Source: Nitrospiraceae bacterium (GTDB lineage Bacteria > Nitrospirota > Thermodesulfovibrionia > UBA6902). Taken from it: a stretch of 64,000 nucleotides of DNA. The notes below the pieces were generated by a model. The model saw only the letters and a program-made list of their open reading frames with translations, was not told where the DNA came from and did not search any database. The DNA lies in contig QZJG01000074.1 in NCBI GenBank assembly GCA_003599275.1, positions 5,352 through 69,351 of the forward strand, read 5' to 3'. Of this stretch, positions 42,021-51,147 are shown one piece after another. The translations under genes and the position numbers were made by a program. Positions within the stretch are counted from its first letter, which is position 1. Each line of letters opens with the position of its first letter.

Positions 42021-42575
42021 CTAAAGTCTTCCTAAAAGCAGTATCTTCTTTGTATTTAAAAGCTTTTTGAGATTGCGATCTCCGCTTTTTTTCTTTGTCT
42101 TATATTCTGCCTGATTCATTATTGTATGGCGAATTTCCCTGCCGAATCTTTTTTCAATGTCCCCGAGAATTTTGTCTATATTGTTTGAATCGGAGACAAC
42201 AAACAAATCAAGCGAAGGGAGATTTGTATCGTCCACATACGGTCCGTATATAAAGGAGGCTTTTGTATCAGAAGCTGTCAGTACGGATTTGAGTGCTCCC
42301 GGAAGTCCCAGGGATTTTGCGATCAATCCTTTCAGTTCGGGGAAGAGGGAAGAGTTCCTGTTGGCTTTGAAATATTTGAGATTGCCCTTTTTCTCACTTG
42401 TAACGAGGTCCATCTTTTCGAGTTTATCGAGCTCCCGTTTTATCCCGGAAGCATTTTTATTTGTCAGCCGGGCAATCTCTCTCATATAAAACTTTTCCTC
42501 AGGATTGTTAAACAACAGGGACATGATGTCGGCCCTGATACCTGATGTAAAAAGTTTCTCTAACATAACCTGCAT
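42021..42575 (-). CDS. winged-helix (ArsR-like) DNA-binding protein with a C-terminal nucleotidyltransferase-like domain
   Basis: The N-terminus is ADIMSLLFNNPEEKFYMREIARLTNKNASGIKRELDKLEKMDLV. The C-terminal assignment is tentative. Confidence 0.55.
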   Translation of the reverse strand: MQVMLEKLFTSGIRADIMSLLFNNPEEKFYMREIARLTNKNASGIKRELDKLEKMDLVTSEKKGNLKYFKANRNSSLFPELKGLIAKSLGLPGALKSVLTASDTKASFIYGPYVDDTNLPSLDLFVVSDSNNIDKILGDIEKRFGREIRHTIMNQAEYKTKKKSGDRNLKKLLNTKKILLLGRL

Positions 42576-42712
42576 ATAATTTATATAAAAAAAAAACTCT
42601 TGTCAAGAAAAAAATGCAAAATAGAAACAAAGAGATACTTTTTGTAAACAATCTTATTGTTGCAGATAATGATACTATTGTTGACAATTAATAAACAGCC
42701 TATATCAAGATC

Positions 42713-42846
42713 GTCATTCCCGATGTAGTAATCGGGTCAAAGCGACTCTGGCGTAGACTCGCAACGAGAATCCGATTCCTTCCAATGACCTGAATTCCCG
42801 CCGGCACCTGCCCTCGAATGCAGTAGTCGGGGGCGGAAATGACGGA
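42713..42846. repeat. composite REP-like element (GTCATTCCCGA...ATCGGG; GAATTCCCGCC...GGGCGGAAATGAC)
   Basis: Read directly. It is intergenic and lies upstream of the radical SAM gene. Confidence 0.55.
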
Positions 42847-42872
42847 CATGGGTATTGTGCTATAATTCCCCT

Positions 42873-43880
42873 ATGAAAGAAGCAATGTTTTATGAAAAAA
42901 TCGAGAAGAGGAAAATCAAATGTTTCCTCTGCGCGCACAACTGTCTGATCCTGGAAGGCAGGCGGGGCATTTGCGGCGTTCGTGAAAACAGGGAAGGCAC
43001 GCTTTACAGCCTCGTGTACGGAAAGCTTGCGTCCATGAACATCGATCCAATAGAAAAAAAACCGCTCTTCCATTTCCATCCCGCTTCAACCTCTCTTTCA
43101 ATTTCAACCGTCGGGTGTAATTTCAGATGTAAGCACTGCCAGAATTATGGTATATCCCAATTCCCGAAATTGCACACTGAAATACCCGGAGAAAATGTTA
43201 CTCCCGAAGCAGTAGTCGCTTACGCTCAAAAATCAGGGAGCAAAAGTATTTCTTACACCTACACCGAGCCGACGATATTTCTGGAATTTGCGCTTGACTG
43301 CGCAAAGCTTGCGCACGGCAAGGGGATTAAAAATGTATTTGTCAGCAACGGGTACACGAGTCCGGAAGCGACGAAGGCCATCGCCCCTTTCCTTGACGGC
43401 AACAATATAGACCTCAAGGGTGATGACGACTTCTATAGAAAAATATGCGGCGCAAGACTTCAGCCCGTTCTGGATACGATAAGACTTATGAAAGAATTGG
43501 GGATATGGGTTGAAATTACGACGTTAATTATCCCATCATATAATGACTCTGAAAAAACCATAAACGGCATAATAGATTTTATTCTGTCCGTGGACCCTGC
43601 CATCCCATGGCATGTGTCCCGGTTTTATCCGACATATCAGCTTCTGGACCAGCCCGGGACGCCGGTAAGTAGTTTACTGTGGGCAAGGGAACAGGGAATG
43701 AGAAGAGGACTCAAATACGTTTACACCGGCAATGTCCCCGGCGAAGGAGGAGAAAATACATATTGTCCGGAGTGCGGGGAGCTCCTGGTAGAGCGTTTGG
43801 GTTATCAGATTAAACAGAACAGGATAATTGAGGACCGCTGCTTTAGATGTGCAGCAGGAATCGAAGGAGTCTGGAGGTAA
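42873..43880 (+). CDS. amrS: AmmeMemoRadiSam-system radical SAM enzyme
   Basis: An N-terminal CFLCAHNCLI...CGVREN stretch and the radical SAM motif CNFRCKHCQN. The family-typical C-terminus reads YCPECGELLVER...CFRC. Confidence 0.85.
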   Translation: MKEAMFYEKIEKRKIKCFLCAHNCLILEGRRGICGVRENREGTLYSLVYGKLASMNIDPIEKKPLFHFHPASTSLSISTVGCNFRCKHCQNYGISQFPKLHTEIPGENVTPEAVVAYAQKSGSKSISYTYTEPTIFLEFALDCAKLAHGKGIKNVFVSNGYTSPEATKAIAPFLDGNNIDLKGDDDFYRKICGARLQPVLDTIRLMKELGIWVEITTLIIPSYNDSEKTINGIIDFILSVDPAIPWHVSRFYPTYQLLDQPGTPVSSLLWAREQGMRRGLKYVYTGNVPGEGGENTYCPECGELLVERLGYQIKQNRIIEDRCFRCAAGIEGVWR

Positions 43881-43886
43881 AAAAAT

Positions 43887-44537
43887 ATGGACAACAAACT
43901 GAGGGACGAAATACTGGAGCTTCTGTGGGCCATGAGAGAAAAAGGTTCAAAAAGCTTTTCCGGGGTAGTCAGGGATGTCAACGATAACAAGGCGTCGGAT
44001 GTTTTAAGGAAAATGGAAAAGTCCGGACTTGTCATGATTTCCAGCGATGACGTTGAATTGACCGATAAAGGCGAAGCCCGTGCGAGAGACCTGACAAGAC
44101 GGCACCGCCTTGCCGAAAGACTGTTTCATGACGTGCTCGAAGTCGGGATGGAGGAAAGCGAAGAGACCGCCTGCGAAATAGAACATTTCCTTTCCCCTTC
44201 CGTCACCGACAGCGTATGCTCATTTCTTGGGCACCCGCCAACCTGTCCCCATGGGAAACCCATACCCCGCGGCGAATGCTGTTCAAAATACAGAAACGAA
44301 GTGAAGCCGCTGGTCATGCAGTTAAAGGAGCTCGATATCGGCTCCAGGGGCAGGATTGTCTTTATTAAGCCCTCTGAAGATTCAAGACTTGAACGTCTTG
44401 CGTCCATGGGGATGCTGCCCGGCAGCATTATCAAACTGAAACAGAAGAGACCTTCATTTGTATTAGAGATCGACGAGACAACCCTTGCTGTAGACGGTCT
44501 GATAGCGGAAGAGATTTACGTTAAAGAGCAGAGATAA
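43887..44537 (+). CDS. DtxR/MntR-family metal-dependent regulator with a C-terminal FeoA domain
   Basis: RRHRLAERLFHDVL, EIEHFLS, CPHGKPIP, and a FeoA-like tail (GRIVFIKP...LASMGMLPGSIIKL). Confidence 0.9.
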   Translation: MDNKLRDEILELLWAMREKGSKSFSGVVRDVNDNKASDVLRKMEKSGLVMISSDDVELTDKGEARARDLTRRHRLAERLFHDVLEVGMEESEETACEIEHFLSPSVTDSVCSFLGHPPTCPHGKPIPRGECCSKYRNEVKPLVMQLKELDIGSRGRIVFIKPSEDSRLERLASMGMLPGSIIKLKQKRPSFVLEIDETTLAVDGLIAEEIYVKEQR

Positions 44538-44586
44538 ACTGTAGCAGAAGGAAGATGCTCCTTGATAGTATCATTGGGGCAGTCCA

Positions 44587-46020
44587 TTAATTTAACGTCG
44601 GCGCAAGCTCGGCGAGCCTTTTCCGTGCATGTCTTCCGAGTTCGGTATCGGGAGCAATTTGCAACTGGTACCGGTACTCTGAAACCGCTGTTCTGACATC
44701 GCCTGTTTTGTCATAGCAAATTCCGAGAAGGCCGTGCACCTCAGGATGCTTTGGCGCTGCCTCCGAGAAATTTTTGAGGTGCGGGACCGCTTCCCTGTAG
44801 CGCTTCAGATGGAAATGACTTTTCCCTAATCCCAGGTGGGTCTGTGCGTGATTGGGAAAGAGGTCGAGACTCTTTTTGAATTCTTCCACCGCCTGCCTGT
44901 AATTTTCCCGGTAATAATTAACGAGGCCAAGTCCATAATAGGAAGGCTGGTGACCGGTCTCGACCGAAAGTGCCTTGCGGAATGATTTTTCCGCCTCAGG
45001 GTAATCTTTCTGCCGGAGTTTTATGAAACCCATCAGATTGTAAAAAGAGGGCTGTAATGCATCAAGTTTAATCGCCTTTTTCAGACTCTCTTCGGCTGCG
45101 TCAAAATCCTCTTTCTGATAATAATTTTCCGCCTCGTCATAAATATAGTAGACCTTATTGATTTCCCGAACCCTTTCAGTCTCATCCAGGAAACGCCCTG
45201 CGAATTTGCCGTCGTCTTTAATACTGTAAGGAGGCAGCTCGTTTATCATGGACTGGATTTCGCTGATCCTGACTTCAGCCCTCGGGTGTGTTGACAGCAT
45301 CTCAGTGACGAAATTGTCTTCCGAGCGGGACTTACCCATTCTTTTCAAATAATCATCCACCGACTTTTCAAGGACCTTATGGGCGCCTATCGCCTCATGC
45401 GCATCATAACCGAGCCTTGCCATGTATTTAACGCCGAGCCGGTCAGCCTGTATCTCCTGCTCTCTGTCATAACTGAGCAGTAAAAGGCTGCTCCCTATCG
45501 CGCCTACAGTAAGAAGGGCGTCGCTTCCTCCCTTCCCTTCGAGCGCGACGGAACCGATCGCAAGCCCCAATTGCTGAAGGGTAAGACGCGAGATCCTCTG
45601 TGCAGTATGTCTCGCCATAACATGACCGATCTCATGGCCCACGACGGCTGCAAACTGTGCCTCGTTTTCCATATCGCTGAGAAGGCCCCTTGTAATGGCC
45701 ACATAACCCGGAAGGGCGAAGGCATTGGGCAACGAGGTATTCTGGATGTGAAATTTAAAGGGGAGATACGGTCTCTCCGAATTCTGCCATAACTCCTTTA
45801 CAATTGATTCAAGATAAGATTCGAGCGGCCTGTCACTATAATATCCCCCGAACTCCCACTGTAATGAAGGGGCGGAATCCTTCCCGATATCGAGCTCCTG
45901 TTCCTCGCTTACGAGCATCAATTCGCGCTCGCCCGTAACAGGGTTTACTGCGCAGGAGACAAAGAGAGGAAGAAGGATTATGACAAATATCCCAATAAGT
46001 ATTTTATTCCCTATATTCAT
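44587..46020 (-). CDS. M48-family Zn metalloprotease with C-terminal TPR repeats (BepA-like)
   Basis: A signal peptide, the HEIGHVMARH motif, and at least four TPR-like repeats at the C-terminus. Confidence 0.9.
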   Translation of the reverse strand: MNIGNKILIGIFVIILLPLFVSCAVNPVTGERELMLVSEEQELDIGKDSAPSLQWEFGGYYSDRPLESYLESIVKELWQNSERPYLPFKFHIQNTSLPNAFALPGYVAITRGLLSDMENEAQFAAVVGHEIGHVMARHTAQRISRLTLQQLGLAIGSVALEGKGGSDALLTVGAIGSSLLLLSYDREQEIQADRLGVKYMARLGYDAHEAIGAHKVLEKSVDDYLKRMGKSRSEDNFVTEMLSTHPRAEVRISEIQSMINELPPYSIKDDGKFAGRFLDETERVREINKVYYIYDEAENYYQKEDFDAAEESLKKAIKLDALQPSFYNLMGFIKLRQKDYPEAEKSFRKALSVETGHQPSYYGLGLVNYYRENYRQAVEEFKKSLDLFPNHAQTHLGLGKSHFHLKRYREAVPHLKNFSEAAPKHPEVHGLLGICYDKTGDVRTAVSEYRYQLQIAPDTELGRHARKRLAELAPTLN

Positions 46021-46224
46021 TTTGCACCTTTCTACCCATCTGCTTTTTAATTGATTCTGCCGTTCCGGAAAATCTCTATGCCCATCTCCCGGTATTTATA
46101 ACGTTGAGTCCGTCAATGTTTTATATGTTAACCAATTTCCCCGTGAAGTCAAGACGTGCCTTGTTTTTTTGGCCGGGACATGCTATCCTTTTGATAGTTT
46201 TTACCATACCAGTGGATTTAATTG

Positions 46225-46256
46225 AAAAGAGTGGGCCTTCCCACTCTTTTGTTTTT
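46225..46256 (+). terminator. intrinsic-terminator-like hairpin in the rimP-nusA leader (possible attenuator)
   Basis: AAAAGAGTGGG-cctt-CCCACTCTTTT forms an 11-bp stem, followed by GTTTTT. It ends 5 nt before the rimP ATG. Confidence 0.5.
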
Positions 46257-46260
46257 AGCG

Positions 46261-46725
46261 ATGAATATTGAAGAGTTAAAGAAAAAGATAACCGGGCTCA
46301 TTGAGCCGGTGATAAGTACTCTTGGGGCCGATCTTGAGGACGTGGAATTCAACAAGATGGGCGGAAAGGGGCTTTTGAGGGTCTTTGTCGACAAGCCGGA
46401 AGGGGTCACTATCGATGACTGTGAACGCGTCAGCCGGGAGATAGAGACAGCGCTCGACGTGGAAGACCTCATCCCTTTTCCATATGTCCTTGAGGTGTCA
46501 TCGCCCGGTCTCGACAGGCCGCTTAAAGGACCTAAGGACTTCAAACGTTTTACCGGAAAGACCATAAGGGTCACTACCAGCAGCCCTATTGAGCTGCAGA
46601 CTTTTTTCATCGGGAAGATCGCGGTGGCCGATGATGACGGAATTGTTCTTTTTTTGCCAAAAGACAGGAGAGTCATTATCCCTTATGAGAACATTTCAAA
46701 GGCAAGGCTGGAGGTGGAGATATAA
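46261..46725 (+). CDS. rimP: ribosome maturation factor RimP
   Basis: IEPVISTLGADLEDVEF...LLRVFVDKPEGVTIDDCERVSREIE. The ORF-track TTG at 46222 would place the hairpin inside the coding sequence. Confidence 0.85.
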   Translation: MNIEELKKKITGLIEPVISTLGADLEDVEFNKMGGKGLLRVFVDKPEGVTIDDCERVSREIETALDVEDLIPFPYVLEVSSPGLDRPLKGPKDFKRFTGKTIRVTTSSPIELQTFFIGKIAVADDDGIVLFLPKDRRVIIPYENISKARLEVEI

Positions 46726-47838
46726 ATGAACCGGGAACTTATTCACATTATAGAACAGATGAGCAAGGAGAGAGGCATTCCGAAGGGATCCATAATCGGA
46801 ACGCTGGAATCCGCCCTTTTGTCCGCCGTGAGAAAGAAGTACGGGCTGAAACCGGAAATAAATATAAAGATCGATGAAAAGTCAGGCGATATCCGGATAA
46901 CGGCACTGAAGAAGATCGTTGAAAAGGTTTCAACCCCCATGGAGGAGATATCTCTTAAAGACGCCCTGGCAATAGATCCCGCAAAGGTACTGGATGATAT
47001 GGTAGATTCCCCATTTCCGATTGAGAACTTCGGCAGGATTGCGGCCCAGACCGCAAAGCAGGTCCTCTTCCAAAGGGTAAGAGAAGCTGAGAAGGAGGCC
47101 ATCTTCGGGGAATATAAGGACAAGGCCGGCCAGATAGTCAGCGGTGTGGTCATGCGCAAGGAAAAAGGATACTACTATGTCGCGCTGGGCAGGGCCGAGG
47201 CTACGCTGCCTATTAAATCCACACTGCCGACGGAGAACCTTAAGAGGGGAGAAACGGTCAGGACTTACATTGAAGAGGTCAAGGTAACTCCGAAAGGCCC
47301 GGTTATCCTGCTTTCGAGGACGCACCCGAATTTTGTGGCCGAGCTCTTCAAGATGGAGATCCCCGAGATTTATGAGGGGTTAGTCGTGATCAAGAATATT
47401 GTAAGGGAAGCAGGTGACCGGACAAAACTGACGGTCTCTTCAAAAAATCCCATGGTGGACCCTGTCGGGGCCTGCGTGGGCATGAAAGGCACGCGCGTAC
47501 AGTCCATTGTGAGGGAACTGAAAGGCGAAAGGATCGATATAATCCCCTGGACGGATGACCCGAGGGTGCTCATTGCAAAGGCCCTGAGCCCTGCTGCGGT
47601 TGAGAGCATCGGCATCAATGAAGAGGAGAAAACGGCGATGGTCGTTGTAAATGACCAGCAGCTCTCCCTGGCAATCGGCAAAAAGGGGCAGAACGTCAGG
47701 CTGGCGATGAAGCTCACAGGATGGGACATCGATATTATCAGCGAGACGGAATATAGCAAGATGAGAAAGGGAGAGATCGAGGAGCAGTTGGAAGAGCTTC
47801 GTAGTGAAAGAGAGAAACAGGACCAGGAGAAAGAATAA
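46726..47838 (+). CDS. nusA: transcription termination/antitermination factor NusA
   Basis: N-terminal, S1 and two KH domains can be recognised (for example GACVGMKGTRVQSIVREL). Confidence 0.95.
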   Translation: MNRELIHIIEQMSKERGIPKGSIIGTLESALLSAVRKKYGLKPEINIKIDEKSGDIRITALKKIVEKVSTPMEEISLKDALAIDPAKVLDDMVDSPFPIENFGRIAAQTAKQVLFQRVREAEKEAIFGEYKDKAGQIVSGVVMRKEKGYYYVALGRAEATLPIKSTLPTENLKRGETVRTYIEEVKVTPKGPVILLSRTHPNFVAELFKMEIPEIYEGLVVIKNIVREAGDRTKLTVSSKNPMVDPVGACVGMKGTRVQSIVRELKGERIDIIPWTDDPRVLIAKALSPAAVESIGINEEEKTAMVVVNDQQLSLAIGKKGQNVRLAMKLTGWDIDIISETEYSKMRKGEIEEQLEELRSEREKQDQEKE

Positions 47839-47854
47839 AGACTTGATTAAAACC

Positions 47855-47881
47855 AAATAGGGCAGACATTGCCCTATTTTT
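47855..47881 (+). terminator. rho-independent terminator after nusA
   Basis: AAATAGGGC-agacatt-GCCCTATTT followed by a T-run. Confidence 0.7.
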
Positions 47882-47882
47882 A

Positions 47883-50018
47883 ATGTCGATGGAAAAGGTC
47901 AAAAACCTCACCCATAAAAAACCCTCAGGTTACAGCCCTCAGGCAACAAAAGACACCCCTGTTCAATATGTCAAAGGAGTCGGTCCCGCGCGCGCCAGGC
48001 TCCTGGAACGTCTCGGCATCGGGACCCTCGAAGAAATGCTTTTCTATTTCCCCTGGCGTTATGAAGACAGGAGGGACCTTAAAAAGATCAGCGACCTCCG
48101 ATACGGTAATATTGAAACAACCATGTGCGAAGTCGTGTCGGCTGAAGTAATCACTACGCCTAAAAAGAGGATGAAGATATTCGAGCTGACCGTCACCGAC
48201 AAAACAGGCTTTCTGAAATCAAAGTGGTTCAACCAGCCTTACCTGGAAAGATATTTTAAAAGAGGGCAGAAGGTCATTTTAAGCGGGGCTGTAAAAGGCA
48301 ATCCATATTCCATGACCGGAGCTGAGATGGAAAATCCCGATTTCGAGCTTGTCGGCGAGGAAGATACCTTTATCCATACCTCAAGGATTGTCCCTGTATA
48401 TAAAGCCACGGAAGGGATCTCTCCAAAACAGATCAGGACGCTCATGTTCAGCGCAGTGAATAATTATTTATCCATAATTGATGATTATCTGCCCGAAGAC
48501 ATATTAAAAAGAAACGGCCTGGAACCATTGCGCCGGGCAGTGAAGGAGACACATTTCCCGGAGGAATTCAGCGACATAAACGTCTTAAACAGGGCTTCAA
48601 GCCCTGCCCATAAGCGCCTTGCATTCGATGAATTTTTCCTGCTTGAACTCGGGCTCGCGCTTTTGAAAAAAAGAGAGACACTGGAGAAAGGCATCAGCTT
48701 TGAGGACAAAGGTGTTCTTGTAAACAGGTTTCTCAAGAGTCTCCCCTTCGAGCTGACCGGCGCACAGAAAAGGACCATCGACCGGATAAAAGATGACATG
48801 CTGAGGCCTCTTCCCATGAACAGGCTCGTTCACGGCGATGTCGGTTGCGGCAAGACCGTTGTTGCCCTCGTATCTATGCTGATCGCTGTTGAAAACGGGT
48901 ATCAGGCCTGCCTCATGGCCCCCACTGAAATTCTTGCCGAGCAGCATTTCATAAACATACACGGGGTGGTCGAGGCCCTCGGTCTGAATGCCGTACTGCT
49001 TACATCAGGCAGCAAAGGTAAATCCCTCGATGATATTTCTCAGGGAAGCGCACAGATCATCATTGGGACCCATGCGCTGATCCAGGAGCAGGTGAAATTC
49101 AAAAATCTCGGCCTTGCAATAATAGATGAACAACACAGGTTCGGAGTCGTTCAGAGGGCGGACCTCAGGAGCAAGGGGCCCAATCCCGACATACTCATCA
49201 TGACCGCAACGCCGATACCCAGGACCCTGGCCCTGACATTATACGGAGACCTCGACATCTCAATAATAGATGAACTTCCCGCCGGAAGAAAACCGGTTAT
49301 CACAAAGGTATTTTTCCCTAATCAGAAGGACAGGATTTATTCCCTCATTAAAGACGAACTTGCCAAAGGCAGACAGGTGTACATTGTATATCCGCTTATC
49401 GAAGAGTCCGAGAAACTGGACCTCAAATCCGCTATCGAGGGCTATGAGGCATTCAGGAAAATCTGTCCTGAAAACAAAATAGGTCTGGTCCACGGTAAAA
49501 TGCATCGCGATGAAAGGGAAACCGTCATGGCGCAGTTCAAGTCAGGTAATATTGATATACTTGTGGCGACAACGGTCATCGAAGTAGGGATAGACGTTCC
49601 CAATGCATCGCTCATGCTGATTGTCCACGCCGAGAGGTTCGGGCTTGCGCAACTGCACCAGTTGAGGGGAAGGACCGGGAGAGGCGCTCATGATTCTTAC
49701 TGTCTGCTCATGGCATATCCGCCTTTCAGTGAAGAAGCTAAAAGGCGTCTCAAGGCAATGGAGTCCACAGGCGACGGTTTCAAGATTGCAGAAGAAGACC
49801 TTGCAATACGGGGCCCGGGCGATTTCTTCGGCACGCGGCAGTCGGGAATTCCCGATTTGAAAATTGCTGATATAATACGGGACATAAACGTACTTGAGAA
49901 TGCGAGAAAAGAGGCGTTCGCTTTTATTGATACGGGACCGGATTTCAATAAATATCCCCTGCTCAGTAAGACGTTAAAAAAGAAATGGATGGGCAGGCTG
50001 GAGCTAATCAGGAGTTAA
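47883..50018 (+). CDS. recG: ATP-dependent DNA helicase RecG
   Basis: A wedge domain, Walker A GDVGCGKT, the DEQHRFG motif and a TRG motif region. Confidence 0.95.
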   Translation: MSMEKVKNLTHKKPSGYSPQATKDTPVQYVKGVGPARARLLERLGIGTLEEMLFYFPWRYEDRRDLKKISDLRYGNIETTMCEVVSAEVITTPKKRMKIFELTVTDKTGFLKSKWFNQPYLERYFKRGQKVILSGAVKGNPYSMTGAEMENPDFELVGEEDTFIHTSRIVPVYKATEGISPKQIRTLMFSAVNNYLSIIDDYLPEDILKRNGLEPLRRAVKETHFPEEFSDINVLNRASSPAHKRLAFDEFFLLELGLALLKKRETLEKGISFEDKGVLVNRFLKSLPFELTGAQKRTIDRIKDDMLRPLPMNRLVHGDVGCGKTVVALVSMLIAVENGYQACLMAPTEILAEQHFINIHGVVEALGLNAVLLTSGSKGKSLDDISQGSAQIIIGTHALIQEQVKFKNLGLAIIDEQHRFGVVQRADLRSKGPNPDILIMTATPIPRTLALTLYGDLDISIIDELPAGRKPVITKVFFPNQKDRIYSLIKDELAKGRQVYIVYPLIEESEKLDLKSAIEGYEAFRKICPENKIGLVHGKMHRDERETVMAQFKSGNIDILVATTVIEVGIDVPNASLMLIVHAERFGLAQLHQLRGRTGRGAHDSYCLLMAYPPFSEEAKRRLKAMESTGDGFKIAEEDLAIRGPGDFFGTRQSGIPDLKIADIIRDINVLENARKEAFAFIDTGPDFNKYPLLSKTLKKKWMGRLELIRS

Positions 50019-50029
50019 GAGGAGGGACC

Positions 50030-50344
50030 ATGATAGACAGAATAAGAAGAAGCCTGAACACGGGACTGGACCGCGTCAAATGGTTCGCGACATTCCTTGC
50101 CGAAAGGACCAAAGCCGAGACGTCAATTGCAAAGCTCCTTTATCAGAGCAGCAAGCTTGAGGACAGGATAGACGATCTCTACCGGGACATCGGCAGGCGG
50201 GTCATGGAGCTAAACGAAAAAGGAGAGAAATCCGTATTGAAGGATTTTGTCGTTCAGCAGGCGCTCGGTGAAATAAAGCACATGAGAGAGGCCTCGGATG
50301 AATTCAGAAATCAGGCACGGGACCTCAGCAAGCTGCCGGAATGA
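50030..50344 (+). CDS. 104-aa coiled-coil protein, unknown function
   Basis: The ATG at 50030 follows GAGGAGGG. The stop overlaps the prepilin peptidase start (ATGA). Confidence 0.55.
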   Translation: MIDRIRRSLNTGLDRVKWFATFLAERTKAETSIAKLLYQSSKLEDRIDDLYRDIGRRVMELNEKGEKSVLKDFVVQQALGEIKHMREASDEFRNQARDLSKLPE

Positions 50345-51147
50345 CGCTCTATATTTTCACCTTTGCGCTGGGCGCGGTAATAGGCTCTTTCCTTAATGTC
50401 TGCATTTACCGCATGCCAAGAGGCCTGTCTGTAGTAAGACCTTCCTCGCGATGCCCCTCATGCGGCGCCCCGATAAAATTTTACGACAACATCCCGCTAT
50501 TAAGTTACATGATGCTTATGGGAAGGTGCAGGACGTGCAGGGCCAAACTGTCCGCAAGATATCCCCTCGTGGAATTCCTCAATGCCGCTTTATACGTCAT
50601 CGTGCTTAACAGGTCCGGTTTTGACTCACCACTGGTTTTATTGGTCTACTGCATATTTGTTTCAGCTCTTGTGGTGATTTTCTTTATAGACATCGACTAT
50701 CAGATAATACCCGACGTCATAACGCTGCCCGGTATCGTCCTTGCCGTTGCCCTCGGCTCCACGATACTTCCCGATCCGTTTTTCCGGACGGACTTGCTTG
50801 GATGGAAATCATCTCTTGCCGGCTTTTTGGCAGGGGGAGGTTCTTTTTATCTTATAGCGGTGCTTGGGAAAGCGATACTGAAAAAAGACGCGATGGGCGG
50901 AGGCGACATAAAAATGATGGCAATGGTTGGCGGGCTATTGGGATGGAAGGGAGTAATCCTGACGACTTTCATGGGAAGCCTGTTCGGCTCGGTCATCGGG
51001 GTCGCTCTTATCCTGTTAAAAGGGAGAGAGTGGGGATCAAGAATACCCTTCGGCCCATATCTTGCCGTCGGCGCTTTGACAAGTCTCTTCTGGGGGCAGG
51101 ACATTATGATGTGGTATCTCCCGGATGGGGCTATAATTCTTCCCTGA
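50341..51147 (+). CDS. prepilin peptidase / N-methyltransferase (A24 family, PilD/GspO)
   Basis: CPSCGAPIKFYDNIPLLSY, the GGGDIKMMA motif, and multiple TM helices. Confidence 0.95.
   Translation: MTLYIFTFALGAVIGSFLNVCIYRMPRGLSVVRPSSRCPSCGAPIKFYDNIPLLSYMMLMGRCRTCRAKLSARYPLVEFLNAALYVIVLNRSGFDSPLVLLVYCIFVSALVVIFFIDIDYQIIPDVITLPGIVLAVALGSTILPDPFFRTDLLGWKSSLAGFLAGGGSFYLIAVLGKAILKKDAMGGGDIKMMAMVGGLLGWKGVILTTFMGSLFGSVIGVALILLKGREWGSRIPFGPYLAVGALTSLFWGQDIMMWYLPDGAIILP

Noticed and set aside
42665-42683. Fur-box-like sequence GATAATGATACTATTGTTG upstream of the radical SAM / DtxR operon.
   Set aside because: Only the first 10 nt match the Fur consensus (about 13/19 overall), and the region is generally A/T-rich. 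This is too weak to call a binding site.
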